This document shows, piece by piece, positions 31,215 to 39,321 of a DNA stretch of 64,000 nucleotides. Below the pieces are notes generated by a model that did not search any database, had not been told where the DNA came from, and saw nothing but the letters and a program-made list of their open reading frames with translations. The stretch comes from Gammaproteobacteria bacterium. Its GTDB lineage: Bacteria > Pseudomonadota > Gammaproteobacteria > Steroidobacterales > Foliamicaceae. Both the position numbers and the translations under genes were made by a program. Position 1 is the first letter of the stretch, and each line of letters begins with the position of its first letter. The stretch is taken from the NCBI GenBank assembly GCA_009838035.1, contig VXSK01000020.1, positions 875-64,874 of the forward strand. The letters run 5' to 3'.

Positions 31215-33047
31215 ATGTGTGGAATTGTCGGAGTCGCGGCCGAGCGGGACATCGCCCCGCTGTTGCTGGACGGGCTGCGCCGCCTGGAGTACCGCGGCTA
31301 CGACTCCGCCGGATTGGCGCTGCTCGACAACGGCGGTCTGAAACGCCTTCGCCGGCCCGGGGAGGTGGCCCGGCTGGTCGAGGAATTCGAAAGGCAGCCC
31401 CTTGAGGGCGAGGTGGGTATCGCCCACACGCGCTGGGCTACGCACGGCGCGCCCACGGAACAAAACGCTCATCCCATATTCGCGGGCGAGCGGGTGGCGG
31501 TTGCGCACAACGGCATCGTCGAGAACTACGAAGCGATCAAGGAGGAGCTCACGGCCGGGGGCGTGGTTTTCTCGAGCGAAACGGACACCGAATGCATCGC
31601 CCACCTCATCGACGCGGAACTGAGTGCAGGCAAGGACCTTGCCGCGGCTGCGCGCGATGCGCTGGCGCGATTGAAAGGCAGTTACTCCGTGGTCGTCCTG
31701 GCGGCCGCGGAGCCGGACGCGATCCTGGCCGCCCATCGCGGCGCGCCCATGGTGGTCGGCCTGGGCGAGTCGGAGAACTATGCCGCTTCCGACATTGCCG
31801 CGCTGCTCCCGGTAACGCGCCGCTACCGATTTCTGCGCGATGGAGACCTGGCGCTGCTGACCCGCGGCAGCGTGGAGATCACCGGCGCCGGCGGCGAAGC
31901 CGTGGAAAGGCCGATGGTGGAGAGTGAGTTCGGCCCCGAGTCGGTTGAGCGGGGCGCGTACAGGCACTACATGCAAAAGGAGATCTTCGAGCAGGCCCGG
32001 GCGGTCCGCGACACGCTGCTGCCGCTGATTTCCGGCGGCCTGCCGGATGCGTCCATGTTCGGCCCCGAAGTGGGCGCGAAGCTGGGTGAAATTACGGCCG
32101 TGCATATCGCCGCCTGCGGCAGCGCCTTCAACGCTGGCCTGGTCGCGCGTCAGTGGATACAGGACTACGCCAAACTGCCCTGCACCGTCGAGATCGCCAG
32201 CGAATACCGCTATCGGCCTCCACCCTGCCCGCCGAACTGCCTTTTCCTTGCCATTTCCCAGTCGGGCGAGACGGCGGACACGTTGGCGGCAACCCGGGCT
32301 GCGCGCGAACGGGGCTACCGGGCCGTGCTGGCCCTGAGCAACGTCGCCACCAGCAGCCTGGTCCGCAATGTCGAGCACAGCCTGCTGACGCGCGCCGGCC
32401 TGGAAGTGGGCGTGGCGTCCACCAAGGCCCTGCTCACCCAGCTGGCGGCGCTGGCGATGATGGCCCTGGCGCTGGCCCGCGCCCGGGGCAGCAGCGAGGA
32501 GGAGATACGCAGCCTGACGCAGGAGGCCGCGGCGCTGCCCGGCCTGATCGAACAGTTGCTGGAAATGGACGGTCGGCTTGCGGAACTGGCCGGGAATTTC
32601 CGGGGTCGCGAGCATGTGCTGTTCCTGGGACGCGGTCCTATGTGGCCGGTGGCCATGGAAGGCGCGCTCAAGCTGAAGGAGCTTTCATACATCCATGCCG
32701 AGGCTTATGCCGCGGGCGAACTGAAGCACGGCCCGCTGGCGCTCGTGGACGACCGGATGATGATCGTGGCGCTGGCCCCGAACGACGGCTTGCTGCACAA
32801 GCTCCGGTCCAATCTCGAAGAAGTCCGCGCGCGCGGCGGACAACTCTTCGTGGTGTCGGACCCCGACGCCAACCTGGGCCACGAAGACGGCATGATCGCG
32901 CTCCGCCTGCCGGCGCCGGCCACAGCGCTGCAGGCGCCCGTGCTATACACCGTGCCGCTGCAGCTGCTCGCGTACCACGTGGCGGTGCAGAAGGGCCACA
33001 ACGTGGACCGCCCCCGCAACCTCGCCAAATCCGTCACCGTCGACTGA
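31215..33047 (+). CDS. glmS: Glutamine--fructose-6-phosphate aminotransferase
   Basis: MCGIVG N-terminal nucleophile, two SIS domains, and the C-terminal ...DRPRNLAKSVTVD. 610 aa. Confidence 0.97.
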   Translation: MCGIVGVAAERDIAPLLLDGLRRLEYRGYDSAGLALLDNGGLKRLRRPGEVARLVEEFERQPLEGEVGIAHTRWATHGAPTEQNAHPIFAGERVAVAHNGIVENYEAIKEELTAGGVVFSSETDTECIAHLIDAELSAGKDLAAAARDALARLKGSYSVVVLAAAEPDAILAAHRGAPMVVGLGESENYAASDIAALLPVTRRYRFLRDGDLALLTRGSVEITGAGGEAVERPMVESEFGPESVERGAYRHYMQKEIFEQARAVRDTLLPLISGGLPDASMFGPEVGAKLGEITAVHIAACGSAFNAGLVARQWIQDYAKLPCTVEIASEYRYRPPPCPPNCLFLAISQSGETADTLAATRAARERGYRAVLALSNVATSSLVRNVEHSLLTRAGLEVGVASTKALLTQLAALAMMALALARARGSSEEEIRSLTQEAAALPGLIEQLLEMDGRLAELAGNFRGREHVLFLGRGPMWPVAMEGALKLKELSYIHAEAYAAGELKHGPLALVDDRMMIVALAPNDGLLHKLRSNLEEVRARGGQLFVVSDPDANLGHEDGMIALRLPAPATALQAPVLYTVPLQLLAYHVAVQKGHNVDRPRNLAKSVTVD

Positions 33048-33804
33048 GGCGGGCGAAGACGGGGGTGTGGTCGGATGGGCGTTCGAGTCTGCGCGGTGAC
33101 TTGTCGATGCCGGCCTCCGTGCACGCGGGCGCCAGCGCTTCGGAGAGCAGCACCAGGTCGATGCGCAGACCGCGGTTGCGCCGGAACGCGGCGGCACGGT
33201 AGTCCCACCAGCTGAACGTCTCTTCGGGCTGATCGAACAGGCGGAAGCTGTCCGTCAGGCCGAGATCCTCGAGCGCCCGGAGTCGGGCCCGCTCGGGTAC
33301 GCTGCACAGAATCTTGTCGCGCCACTCCTCCGGGTCGTGCACATCGCGATCGTCCGGCGCGATATTAAAGTCGCCCATTACCGCCAGCCTCGGCCAGCGC
33401 TGCAGCTCGGCGCGGACCCATTCGGTCAGCGCATCCAGCCAGCGCAGCTTGTAATGGTAGTGGTCGTGCCCGACCTCCTTGCCGTTGGGCACGTACAGAT
33501 TGATCACGCGAACGCCGCCCACCGTAGCGGCGACCGCCCGTGCCTGCGGGTCGTCCAGTCCCGGAATTCCGACAACCGGCTCCGATGCTTCATCGCGGGT
33601 CAGCAGGGCCACGCCGTTGTAGGTCTTCTGCCCGTGTATCAGGCACCGGTAACCGAGGTCTTCAAAGCCCTCCAGTGGGAAATCCTCGTCGCGGCACTTC
33701 AGTTCCTGCAGGCCCAGCGCATCCGGGGCCTGCGACCGGAGCCAGTCCGCCACATGCTCCTTGCGCACGCGCACCGAGTTGACGTTCCAGCTTGCAATCA
33801 TCAT
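33034..33804 (-). CDS. xthA: Exodeoxyribonuclease III
   Basis: IASWNVNSVRVR N-terminus, LQELK, GDFNIAPDDRD and the SDHTPV C-terminus. Confidence 0.92.
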   Translation of the reverse strand: MMIASWNVNSVRVRKEHVADWLRSQAPDALGLQELKCRDEDFPLEGFEDLGYRCLIHGQKTYNGVALLTRDEASEPVVGIPGLDDPQARAVAATVGGVRVINLYVPNGKEVGHDHYHYKLRWLDALTEWVRAELQRWPRLAVMGDFNIAPDDRDVHDPEEWRDKILCSVPERARLRALEDLGLTDSFRLFDQPEETFSWWDYRAAAFRRNRGLRIDLVLLSEALAPACTEAGIDKSPRRLERPSDHTPVFARLSRR

Positions 33805-33829
33805 GGCCGGGAATTCGGCGGGAAGCCGG

Positions 33830-34522
33830 TCAGGCGCGCAGGCGGCCCATGCGAATGTGGACGTCCCCCACCCGGTCTATGCCGGCCGTGACGTGGTCGC
33901 CGGGCTTGAGCCGGCTCACTCCGGCCGGCGTGCCGGTAAAGATCAGGTCGCCGGGCTTGAGTTCAAAGAAAGTGGAAATCTGCGCGATCAGGTTCATCGG
34001 CTTGTGGATCATGTGGCTTATGTCGGCCTCCTGCCGGACCGCGCCGTTGACGGCCAGCCAGATGCGGCCCTTGGCGGGATGCCCGATGCTGGAAGCGCGC
34101 CGCAGCGTGCTCACCGGGGCGGAGTAGTCGAAGCTCTTGCTGATTTCCCAGGGGGCGCCTGCTTCGCGGACCTCACTTTGCAGGTCGCGGCGGGTCAGGT
34201 CGATCCCGACACCGTAGCCGTATACGTGTCCCATCGCCTCGTCCGCGGAGATGTTGAGCCCGCCCCCCTGCAGGGCCACCACCAGTTCCACTTCGTGCTG
34301 CAGGTCCCTGGTGCGCGGCGGGAAGGGCACCTCGCCGCCGCCCGGCAGCAGCGCGTCCGCGGGTTTCATGAATACCGGCGGCTCCGGGACATTCTCACGG
34401 TTCATTTCCTTGATGTGGTCCGCGTAGTTCCAGCCCACGCAAAAGACCCGCCGCGCCGGAAACCGGCGCTCGATCCCCCGTACCGTCAGGCTCGGACGGT
34501 AATAGTCAAACAGTTCAATCAT
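33830..34522 (-). CDS. Fumarylacetoacetate hydrolase family protein
   Basis: VFCVGWNYADH, then HEVELVVAL and GDLIFTGTPAGV, the FAH-fold metal and substrate motifs. Confidence 0.85.
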   Translation of the reverse strand: MIELFDYYRPSLTVRGIERRFPARRVFCVGWNYADHIKEMNRENVPEPPVFMKPADALLPGGGEVPFPPRTRDLQHEVELVVALQGGGLNISADEAMGHVYGYGVGIDLTRRDLQSEVREAGAPWEISKSFDYSAPVSTLRRASSIGHPAKGRIWLAVNGAVRQEADISHMIHKPMNLIAQISTFFELKPGDLIFTGTPAGVSRLKPGDHVTAGIDRVGDVHIRMGRLRA

Positions 34523-34620
34523 CCGCTTCGACGGCGCGTATCAGTTTTTCGCTCCGCCAACCCCGCACTTTCGCGAATTTTTGTTGCCGGGTCAAGGCAA
34601 GGCGCGGGCGCGAAGGCGTT

Positions 34621-35976
34621 ATGCTGCCGCGCATGGACAAGTTCGACCTGATCGTGGTGGGCGCGGGCAGCGGCGGACTGGCCGCGGCTCAGCGGGCGGC
34701 CGAATACGGAGCGCGGGTGGCGCTGCTGGAATCCGGACGTCTCGGCGGCACCTGCGTCAATCGCGGCTGCGTGCCCAAGAAGATCATGTGGCATGCCGCC
34801 GAACTGGCCAGGGAGCTGGGGCATGGTGGCGATTACGGATTCGATCTCGCCGTGAACGGTCACGACTTCGCGGAACTGGTCAGTCGGCGCGAACGCTATA
34901 TCCGCCGGCTGAACGGCATCTATGCGAGCAACCTCGAGCGCCGCGGCGTGCACAGCGTATCCGGACACGGCGCTTTTTCCGCGCCGCGCGTGCTTTGCGT
35001 GAACGGCGAGGACTACTCCGCCGAACGGATTCTGATTGCCACCGGCGGCGCTCCGATCGTCCCTGCGATTCCTGGGGCCGAACTCGGAATCACTTCCGAC
35101 GGGTTCTTCGAACTTGAGCGCCGGCCGGCGAGCGCAGCGGTTGTGGGCGCCGGCTACATCGCCGTGGAGCTGGCGGGGATTCTCCGGGGTCTCGGCACGG
35201 AAGTGACCCTGCACCTGCGGCACGATTCGGTGCTGCGCAGCTTCGACGAGATCCTGCAGCAGGCCTGCATGGAGGGGCTCGCCGGGTCGGGGGTGCGGAT
35301 CGCCACGGGTTTCGTGCCCGCTGCCGTCGAGAGGGATGCCGAGAGTCTGTGCCTGACCGCCGTTTCGGGAGAACGCAGCGGGCCGTTCGACGCCCTCGTG
35401 TGGGCTGTGGGCAGGCGTCCGCTCACCGCCGGCCTGAATCTCGATATTGCCGGCGTGCAATGCGACGGGCGCGGCGCCATCGAGGTGGACGAATGGCAGG
35501 AAACCACGGCGCCCGGCGTGTTCGCATTGGGCGACGTCACCGGACATCATGAACTCACTCCGGTAGCGATCGCCGCCGGGCGCCGCTGGGGGGACCGTCA
35601 ATTCGGCGGAATGTCCGAGCGGCGCATGGACTACCGCAATATCCCGACCGTGGTGTTCGCCCACCCGCCGCTGGGCGCCGTCGGGCTTACCGAGGAAGAG
35701 GCGCGCGAGGCATACGGGGATGCGGTGCGTTGTTACCGGGTCGAATTCGTTCCCCTGTTCTACGGTATTTCCGAAAACAAGCCGAAGGCGCGCATGAAAC
35801 TGGTAACGGCCGGGGAAGAGGAAAGAGTCGTGGGTTGCCACCTGGCCGGGCCCGGCGCCGACGAGATGCTTCAGGGGTTCGCGGTGGCGATAAGGATGGG
35901 CGCTTGTAAGTCCGACCTGGACGACACCGTGGCCATCCATCCCACGGCGGCCGAAGAACTCGTGACTATGCGGTGA
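34621..35976 (+). CDS. gor: Glutathione-disulfide reductase
   Basis: FAD motif DLIVVGAGSGG, redox-active GGTCVNRGCVPKK, NAD(P) motif VVGAGYIAVE, and C-terminal HPTAAEELVTMR. An alternative ATG is at 34633. Confidence 0.92.
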   Translation: MLPRMDKFDLIVVGAGSGGLAAAQRAAEYGARVALLESGRLGGTCVNRGCVPKKIMWHAAELARELGHGGDYGFDLAVNGHDFAELVSRRERYIRRLNGIYASNLERRGVHSVSGHGAFSAPRVLCVNGEDYSAERILIATGGAPIVPAIPGAELGITSDGFFELERRPASAAVVGAGYIAVELAGILRGLGTEVTLHLRHDSVLRSFDEILQQACMEGLAGSGVRIATGFVPAAVERDAESLCLTAVSGERSGPFDALVWAVGRRPLTAGLNLDIAGVQCDGRGAIEVDEWQETTAPGVFALGDVTGHHELTPVAIAAGRRWGDRQFGGMSERRMDYRNIPTVVFAHPPLGAVGLTEEEAREAYGDAVRCYRVEFVPLFYGISENKPKARMKLVTAGEEERVVGCHLAGPGADEMLQGFAVAIRMGACKSDLDDTVAIHPTAAEELVTMR

Positions 35977-36008
35977 TCGGCCCGCCGCCGGCGCGGCCGG
36001 CTCCGGGA

Positions 36009-36812
36009 TCAGGGTTGAAGCAGTTCCGTCGTGTCCGGGCGCGTGCCGTGCCAGATTCTGAAGCTCTCGGCCGCCTGTTCCACCAGCATTCCCAAACCGT
36101 CGTGAGCGGCGCGCGCGGCGCCCTCTTGTGCCCAGGCAACAAACGGCTCGGCGGCCCGTCCGTACGCCAGGTCCATGCACAGCGCGCCTCTCGCCGTTAC
36201 CGGGTCCAGGCCGGGCGGCTCGCCCGAGATCCCCGCTGAACTGGCGTTGATGACCAGGTCCACCGCCGGAAGCTCCGGATTGGCGGAATCCGCGACACGT
36301 ATGGTTCCGAGCGAATCGAAACGCCGCGCCAGTTCCCGGGCGCGTTCCCGCGTGCGGTTGAAGACGATGGTCTCTCCGACGCCCTCGGCCAGCAGCGCCG
36401 GAAGTACTCCGCGAACGGCTCCGCCGGCGCCGATGATCAGCACTCTGGCGCCTGCAAGTTCTACCCCCAGGTTGGTGCGCAAATGCCGAATCAGGCCCGT
36501 TCCGTCGGTGTTGTCCCCCCGCATCCGGCCACCCGCGCCGGCGGTCAGCGTATTCACCGCTCCTGCCTGCCCGGCTTGGGGGCCGAGCTCGTCGCTCAAC
36601 TCCGCGGCCTCTTCCTTAAGCGGCACCGTGACGTTGCAACCCCGTCCACCGTCCGCCCTGAAGTTCTCCACCGCGGAGGCCAGGGATCCCGGGCGCACCT
36701 CGATGCGCCGATACTCGACATGCAAACCCAGTTGCGCGGCAAAGCGGGCATGGATTTCGGGCGAACGGCTATGGCCGATCGGGTGCCCCATTACGGCGTA
36801 GAGTGCTGACAT
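36009..36812 (-). CDS. aroE: Shikimate dehydrogenase
   Basis: Internal ATG at 36812 gives MSALYAVMGHPIGHSRSPEIH, the canonical AroE N-terminus. NVTVPLKE, NTDGTG and GAGGAVRG follow. Confidence 0.9.
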   Translation of the reverse strand: MSALYAVMGHPIGHSRSPEIHARFAAQLGLHVEYRRIEVRPGSLASAVENFRADGGRGCNVTVPLKEEAAELSDELGPQAGQAGAVNTLTAGAGGRMRGDNTDGTGLIRHLRTNLGVELAGARVLIIGAGGAVRGVLPALLAEGVGETIVFNRTRERARELARRFDSLGTIRVADSANPELPAVDLVINASSAGISGEPPGLDPVTARGALCMDLAYGRAAEPFVAWAQEGAARAAHDGLGMLVEQAAESFRIWHGTRPDTTELLQP

Positions 36813-36907
36813 TTTCCTGGGACCTGTCTGAATCCGGAGCGCCTTTCGGAGCGAAGCGTACCGCAGAAGTACGGTCATCGGTAGCTCGGCTACCGTGTGC
36901 TAGACTT

Positions 36908-36935
36908 CGACGCGGGAGAAACTATTCCCGCGTCG
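36908..36935. promoter_or_regulatory. Perfect 10-bp stem hairpin/palindrome CGACGCGGGA-N8-TCCCGCGTCG in the aroE / small-peptide divergent intergenic region
   Basis: Read directly. It lies about 80 nt upstream of the small-peptide ATG. A second palindrome, CGGTAGC-TCG-GCTACCG, is at 36879-36895. Confidence 0.3.
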
Positions 36936-37013
36936 GCTGCGTGTTCGTATACGGGCGCGCGGCCTTATATGTCCCTGAACAGGGAAACAACGCTACAAAC
37001 TGGAGGCATTTCC

Positions 37014-37241
37014 ATGACCAGTCCTGAACGCAAACTACTCGCCCTTGCCCTTAGTGCAGCCCTCGCCGCCGGCGTTGCCGGCCCGGCCGCTGCAGCCGTA
37101 GACGGCTCCCAAGCGCCCGAGCTTCCGTCACTCATGGACGGCCATGGTGATGACGACGACGGCGACGACGATGACGACGGCGACGACGACGAAGGCAGCT
37201 GCGGCGAAGGCAGTTGCGGCGACGACAGCGAAGAAGAATAA
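37014..37241 (+). CDS. Small secreted acidic Cys-repeat peptide (HvfA-like RiPP metallophore precursor candidate)
   Basis: GGAGG lies 7 nt upstream of the ATG at 37014. The 75-aa product has signal peptide MTSPERKLLALALSAALAAGVAGPAAAA, then a poly-Asp tract and tandem EGSCGEGSCG, followed by DDSEEE. Confidence 0.6.
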   Translation: MTSPERKLLALALSAALAAGVAGPAAAAVDGSQAPELPSLMDGHGDDDDGDDDDDGDDDEGSCGEGSCGDDSEEE

Positions 37242-37270
37242 CTTCGCCGCTACTTCGGTAGCCATTTCAG

Positions 37271-37339
37271 GACGACAGCCGGCGGGCTCGCGGGCTCGCC
37301 GGCTGTATCGTCCAATTCCGCCGGCGTAATTGCGCCGGC
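37271..37339 (+). terminator. Two consecutive GC-rich hairpins downstream of the small peptide gene
   Basis: ACAGCCGGCG-N12-CGCCGGCTGT (37275-37306, extended by GACG/CGTC) and GCCGGCG-N6-CGCCGGC (37320-37339). No U-tract follows, so this is a structure-only call. Confidence 0.35.
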
Positions 37340-37438
37340 AGCCATGCGGGGGGCGTAGCGCCTGGTATAGGTCCGTGGGTTCTCCGCGGGTTCCATGCTC
37401 AGTGCAGACGGCCTGGCTGCGCTGTTTCGTTTGTACAA

Positions 37439-38032
37439 ATGCGGGAAAGGTGCCCCTGGTCGCTCGGCGTAAGCGACGAATATCAGGCCTATCACGACGA
37501 AGAATGGGGTCTGCCCGTTCTTGATGACGCCACCCACTTTGAGTTTCTGGTCCTTGAATCCGCGCAGGCGGGCCTGTCCTGGAGGACGGTGCTGCATAAG
37601 CGGGAAGGCTATCGGCGGGCCTTCGCCGGCTTTGATCCGGTGCGGGTAGCAAGGTTTGGCGATCGGGAAATCGAGACGCTGGTTTCCGATCCGGGCATTG
37701 TCCGCAATCGGCAGAAGATCGCCGCCGCGGTCAACAACGCCGCCCGCTTTCTTGGGGTCCACGAGGAATTCGGATCGTTCGCGCGCTATATCTGGGGTTT
37801 CGTGGATGGCAAACCGGTCGTCAATCACTGGCGCGAGCAGCACGAAGTGCCCGCCACCTCACCGCTTTCCGATCGCCTGTCGACCGACCTCAAGGCCCGC
37901 GGTTTCAAGTTCGTGGGCTCTACCATCATCTATTCCCACCTGCAGGCCTGCGGCCTGATCAACGATCACCTGGTGAGCTGTTTTCGGCACCGCGAGTGCC
38001 GGGAAGCCTGGTCCGGCCTCCCCTGGAACTGA
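37439..38032 (+). CDS. tag: DNA-3-methyladenine glycosylase I
   Basis: MRERCPWSLGVSDEYQAYHDEEWG...ESAQAGLSWRTVLHKREGYR aligns by eye with enterobacterial Tag along its length. Confidence 0.93.
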   Translation: MRERCPWSLGVSDEYQAYHDEEWGLPVLDDATHFEFLVLESAQAGLSWRTVLHKREGYRRAFAGFDPVRVARFGDREIETLVSDPGIVRNRQKIAAAVNNAARFLGVHEEFGSFARYIWGFVDGKPVVNHWREQHEVPATSPLSDRLSTDLKARGFKFVGSTIIYSHLQACGLINDHLVSCFRHRECREAWSGLPWN

Positions 38033-38039
38033 CTCCGGC

Positions 38040-38684
38040 TCAGATTCGCGTTATGGTGCCGGACCAGCGCCAGACGGAAAGCTGGGTGATCAGTTCCCGG
38101 CCGATCAGGTCCATCTTGCGCAGCTGATCGAGGCGCGGCGCGATCTCGTCCAGTTCCTTGTCGCCGAATACGGTCTTGAGCACGCCGCAGGCGTCGGCGA
38201 TGCAGATCAGGGCGATGTCGCGGGGATCGGGAATGTCGCCCGAGAACAGCACGCCCACCACGCGCTGCCGGGCCTCGCGCTGAATCTTGCCGTCCATCAT
38301 CGGATAACGCCGGGAACGGAACACCCAAAGGAACTTTTCTTCCCGGCGCTCCAGCACGCCCCGCTCGATCAGGCTTTCGATGGCCTGTTCCTGTATCGAT
38401 TCGCCCTGCTCCTCGGAAATGATTTCCAGCCAGGCGGCGGTGTCCCGGGTTTCACTGCTTTCACTGATGCGTTTCAGCACCCGGTCCAGCATGGGGTTGC
38501 CCGTGGGCGTCGCATCGATCAGGATCAATTGCTCGGGATCGGTGTCTATGCGATCGGCGAATGCCAGGTCCATCAGGATGCCGCCCACCAGCGCGTGCTC
38601 CAGCGCGTACTTGCCGATCGGCAGGAAGGTGCCGGTCTTGTCGTCGAGAAGAAGCGCCAGAGTCTCTTCGGCAAATGTAATCAT
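38040..38684 (-). CDS. GPP34/GOLPH3 family protein
   Basis: ITFAEETLALLLDDKTGTF...ALVGGILMDLAF...LWVFRSRRYP resembles the GPP34 pattern (l.eel.LL.ldd..G.. then f....yp). The ATG at 38684 is preferred over the TTG at 38708. Confidence 0.65.
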   Translation of the reverse strand: MITFAEETLALLLDDKTGTFLPIGKYALEHALVGGILMDLAFADRIDTDPEQLILIDATPTGNPMLDRVLKRISESSETRDTAAWLEIISEEQGESIQEQAIESLIERGVLERREEKFLWVFRSRRYPMMDGKIQREARQRVVGVLFSGDIPDPRDIALICIADACGVLKTVFGDKELDEIAPRLDQLRKMDLIGRELITQLSVWRWSGTITRI

Positions 38685-38730
38685 GGGCGTCGCCCCCGCT
38701 GCGAGCAAAACTCTCCTGCAATCGGCGCCA

Positions 38731-39321
38731 TTATGCCGGTCGCAGCACCGCTCCGGTGGCGGCGTCGCGGATTTCGCTCGGTCCTTCGAGCGGACCGCAT
38801 TCGCCGGGCATCACCCAGTCGACCCCGGCCTCGAAATAACTCCGGGCCTGGGCCTCGGTTCGGGCGGGCGGGCTGCCGTGCGGGTTGCAACTCGTGGATA
38901 CCACCGGAGAGTCCAGCGCCAGGCTCAGGGCCGCGGCCAGGGGGTGCAGGCTCCGGCGAACGGCCACGGTGTCGCGGCCGCCGGTGATCCATTCCGGCGT
39001 GTCTGAAGAGGCAGGCACTATCCAGGTAATTCCCTTGCTTTCCCGCAACTCCCGGAAGTCCGGCGACGTGGAGAGTTCCCCCGCCCAATCGTCGAACTGC
39101 TGCCATTCGGCGGCGATCAGGATCAGGCCCAGCGACCGGTCGCGGCCCTTGAGCCTGAGCACGCGTTCGACAGCCTGCTCGTTGCCCGGCAGGCAACCGA
39201 GACCGTAAACCGAATCGTTCGGATAGGCGATTACTCCGCCGCCGCGAAGGATGCGGGCGCCGCGGTCGATGTGCGCGTCAGCGGCGCGCCGGCCTTTTTC
39301 GCGATCCTTTTTTCCGCGCAT
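38731..39321 (-). CDS. tsaC: L-threonylcarbamoyladenylate synthase type 1 (TsaC/YrdC)
   Basis: GGVIAYPNDSVYGLGC and LKGRDRSLGLILI are YrdC-domain motifs. The 5' end overlaps the topA 3' end by 44 nt. Confidence 0.85.
   Translation of the reverse strand: MRGKKDREKGRRAADAHIDRGARILRGGGVIAYPNDSVYGLGCLPGNEQAVERVLRLKGRDRSLGLILIAAEWQQFDDWAGELSTSPDFRELRESKGITWIVPASSDTPEWITGGRDTVAVRRSLHPLAAALSLALDSPVVSTSCNPHGSPPARTEAQARSYFEAGVDWVMPGECGPLEGPSEIRDAATGAVLRPA

Noticed and set aside
35974-36011. GC-rich partially symmetric sequence between convergent gor and aroE, considered as a bidirectional terminator
   Set aside because: Only a short GCCGGC-GCG-GCCGGC core pairs cleanly and there are no U-tracts. The support is too weak to list as a feature.
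37128-37200. GAC/GAT-rich tract considered as a microsatellite or tandem DNA repeat
   Set aside because: It is in frame within the small-peptide gene and encodes the poly-Asp tract. The codons alternate irregularly (GAC/GAT/GGC) rather than forming a clean unit repeat.
36888-37263. 8-bp inverted match (GGCTACCG at 36888-36895 and CGGTAGCC at 37256-37263) flanking the small-peptide gene, considered as MITE-like terminal inverted repeats
   Set aside because: Both copies are arms of local palindromes. A single 8-mer match between two short intergenic stretches is not far from chance expectation. No target-site duplication is visible.
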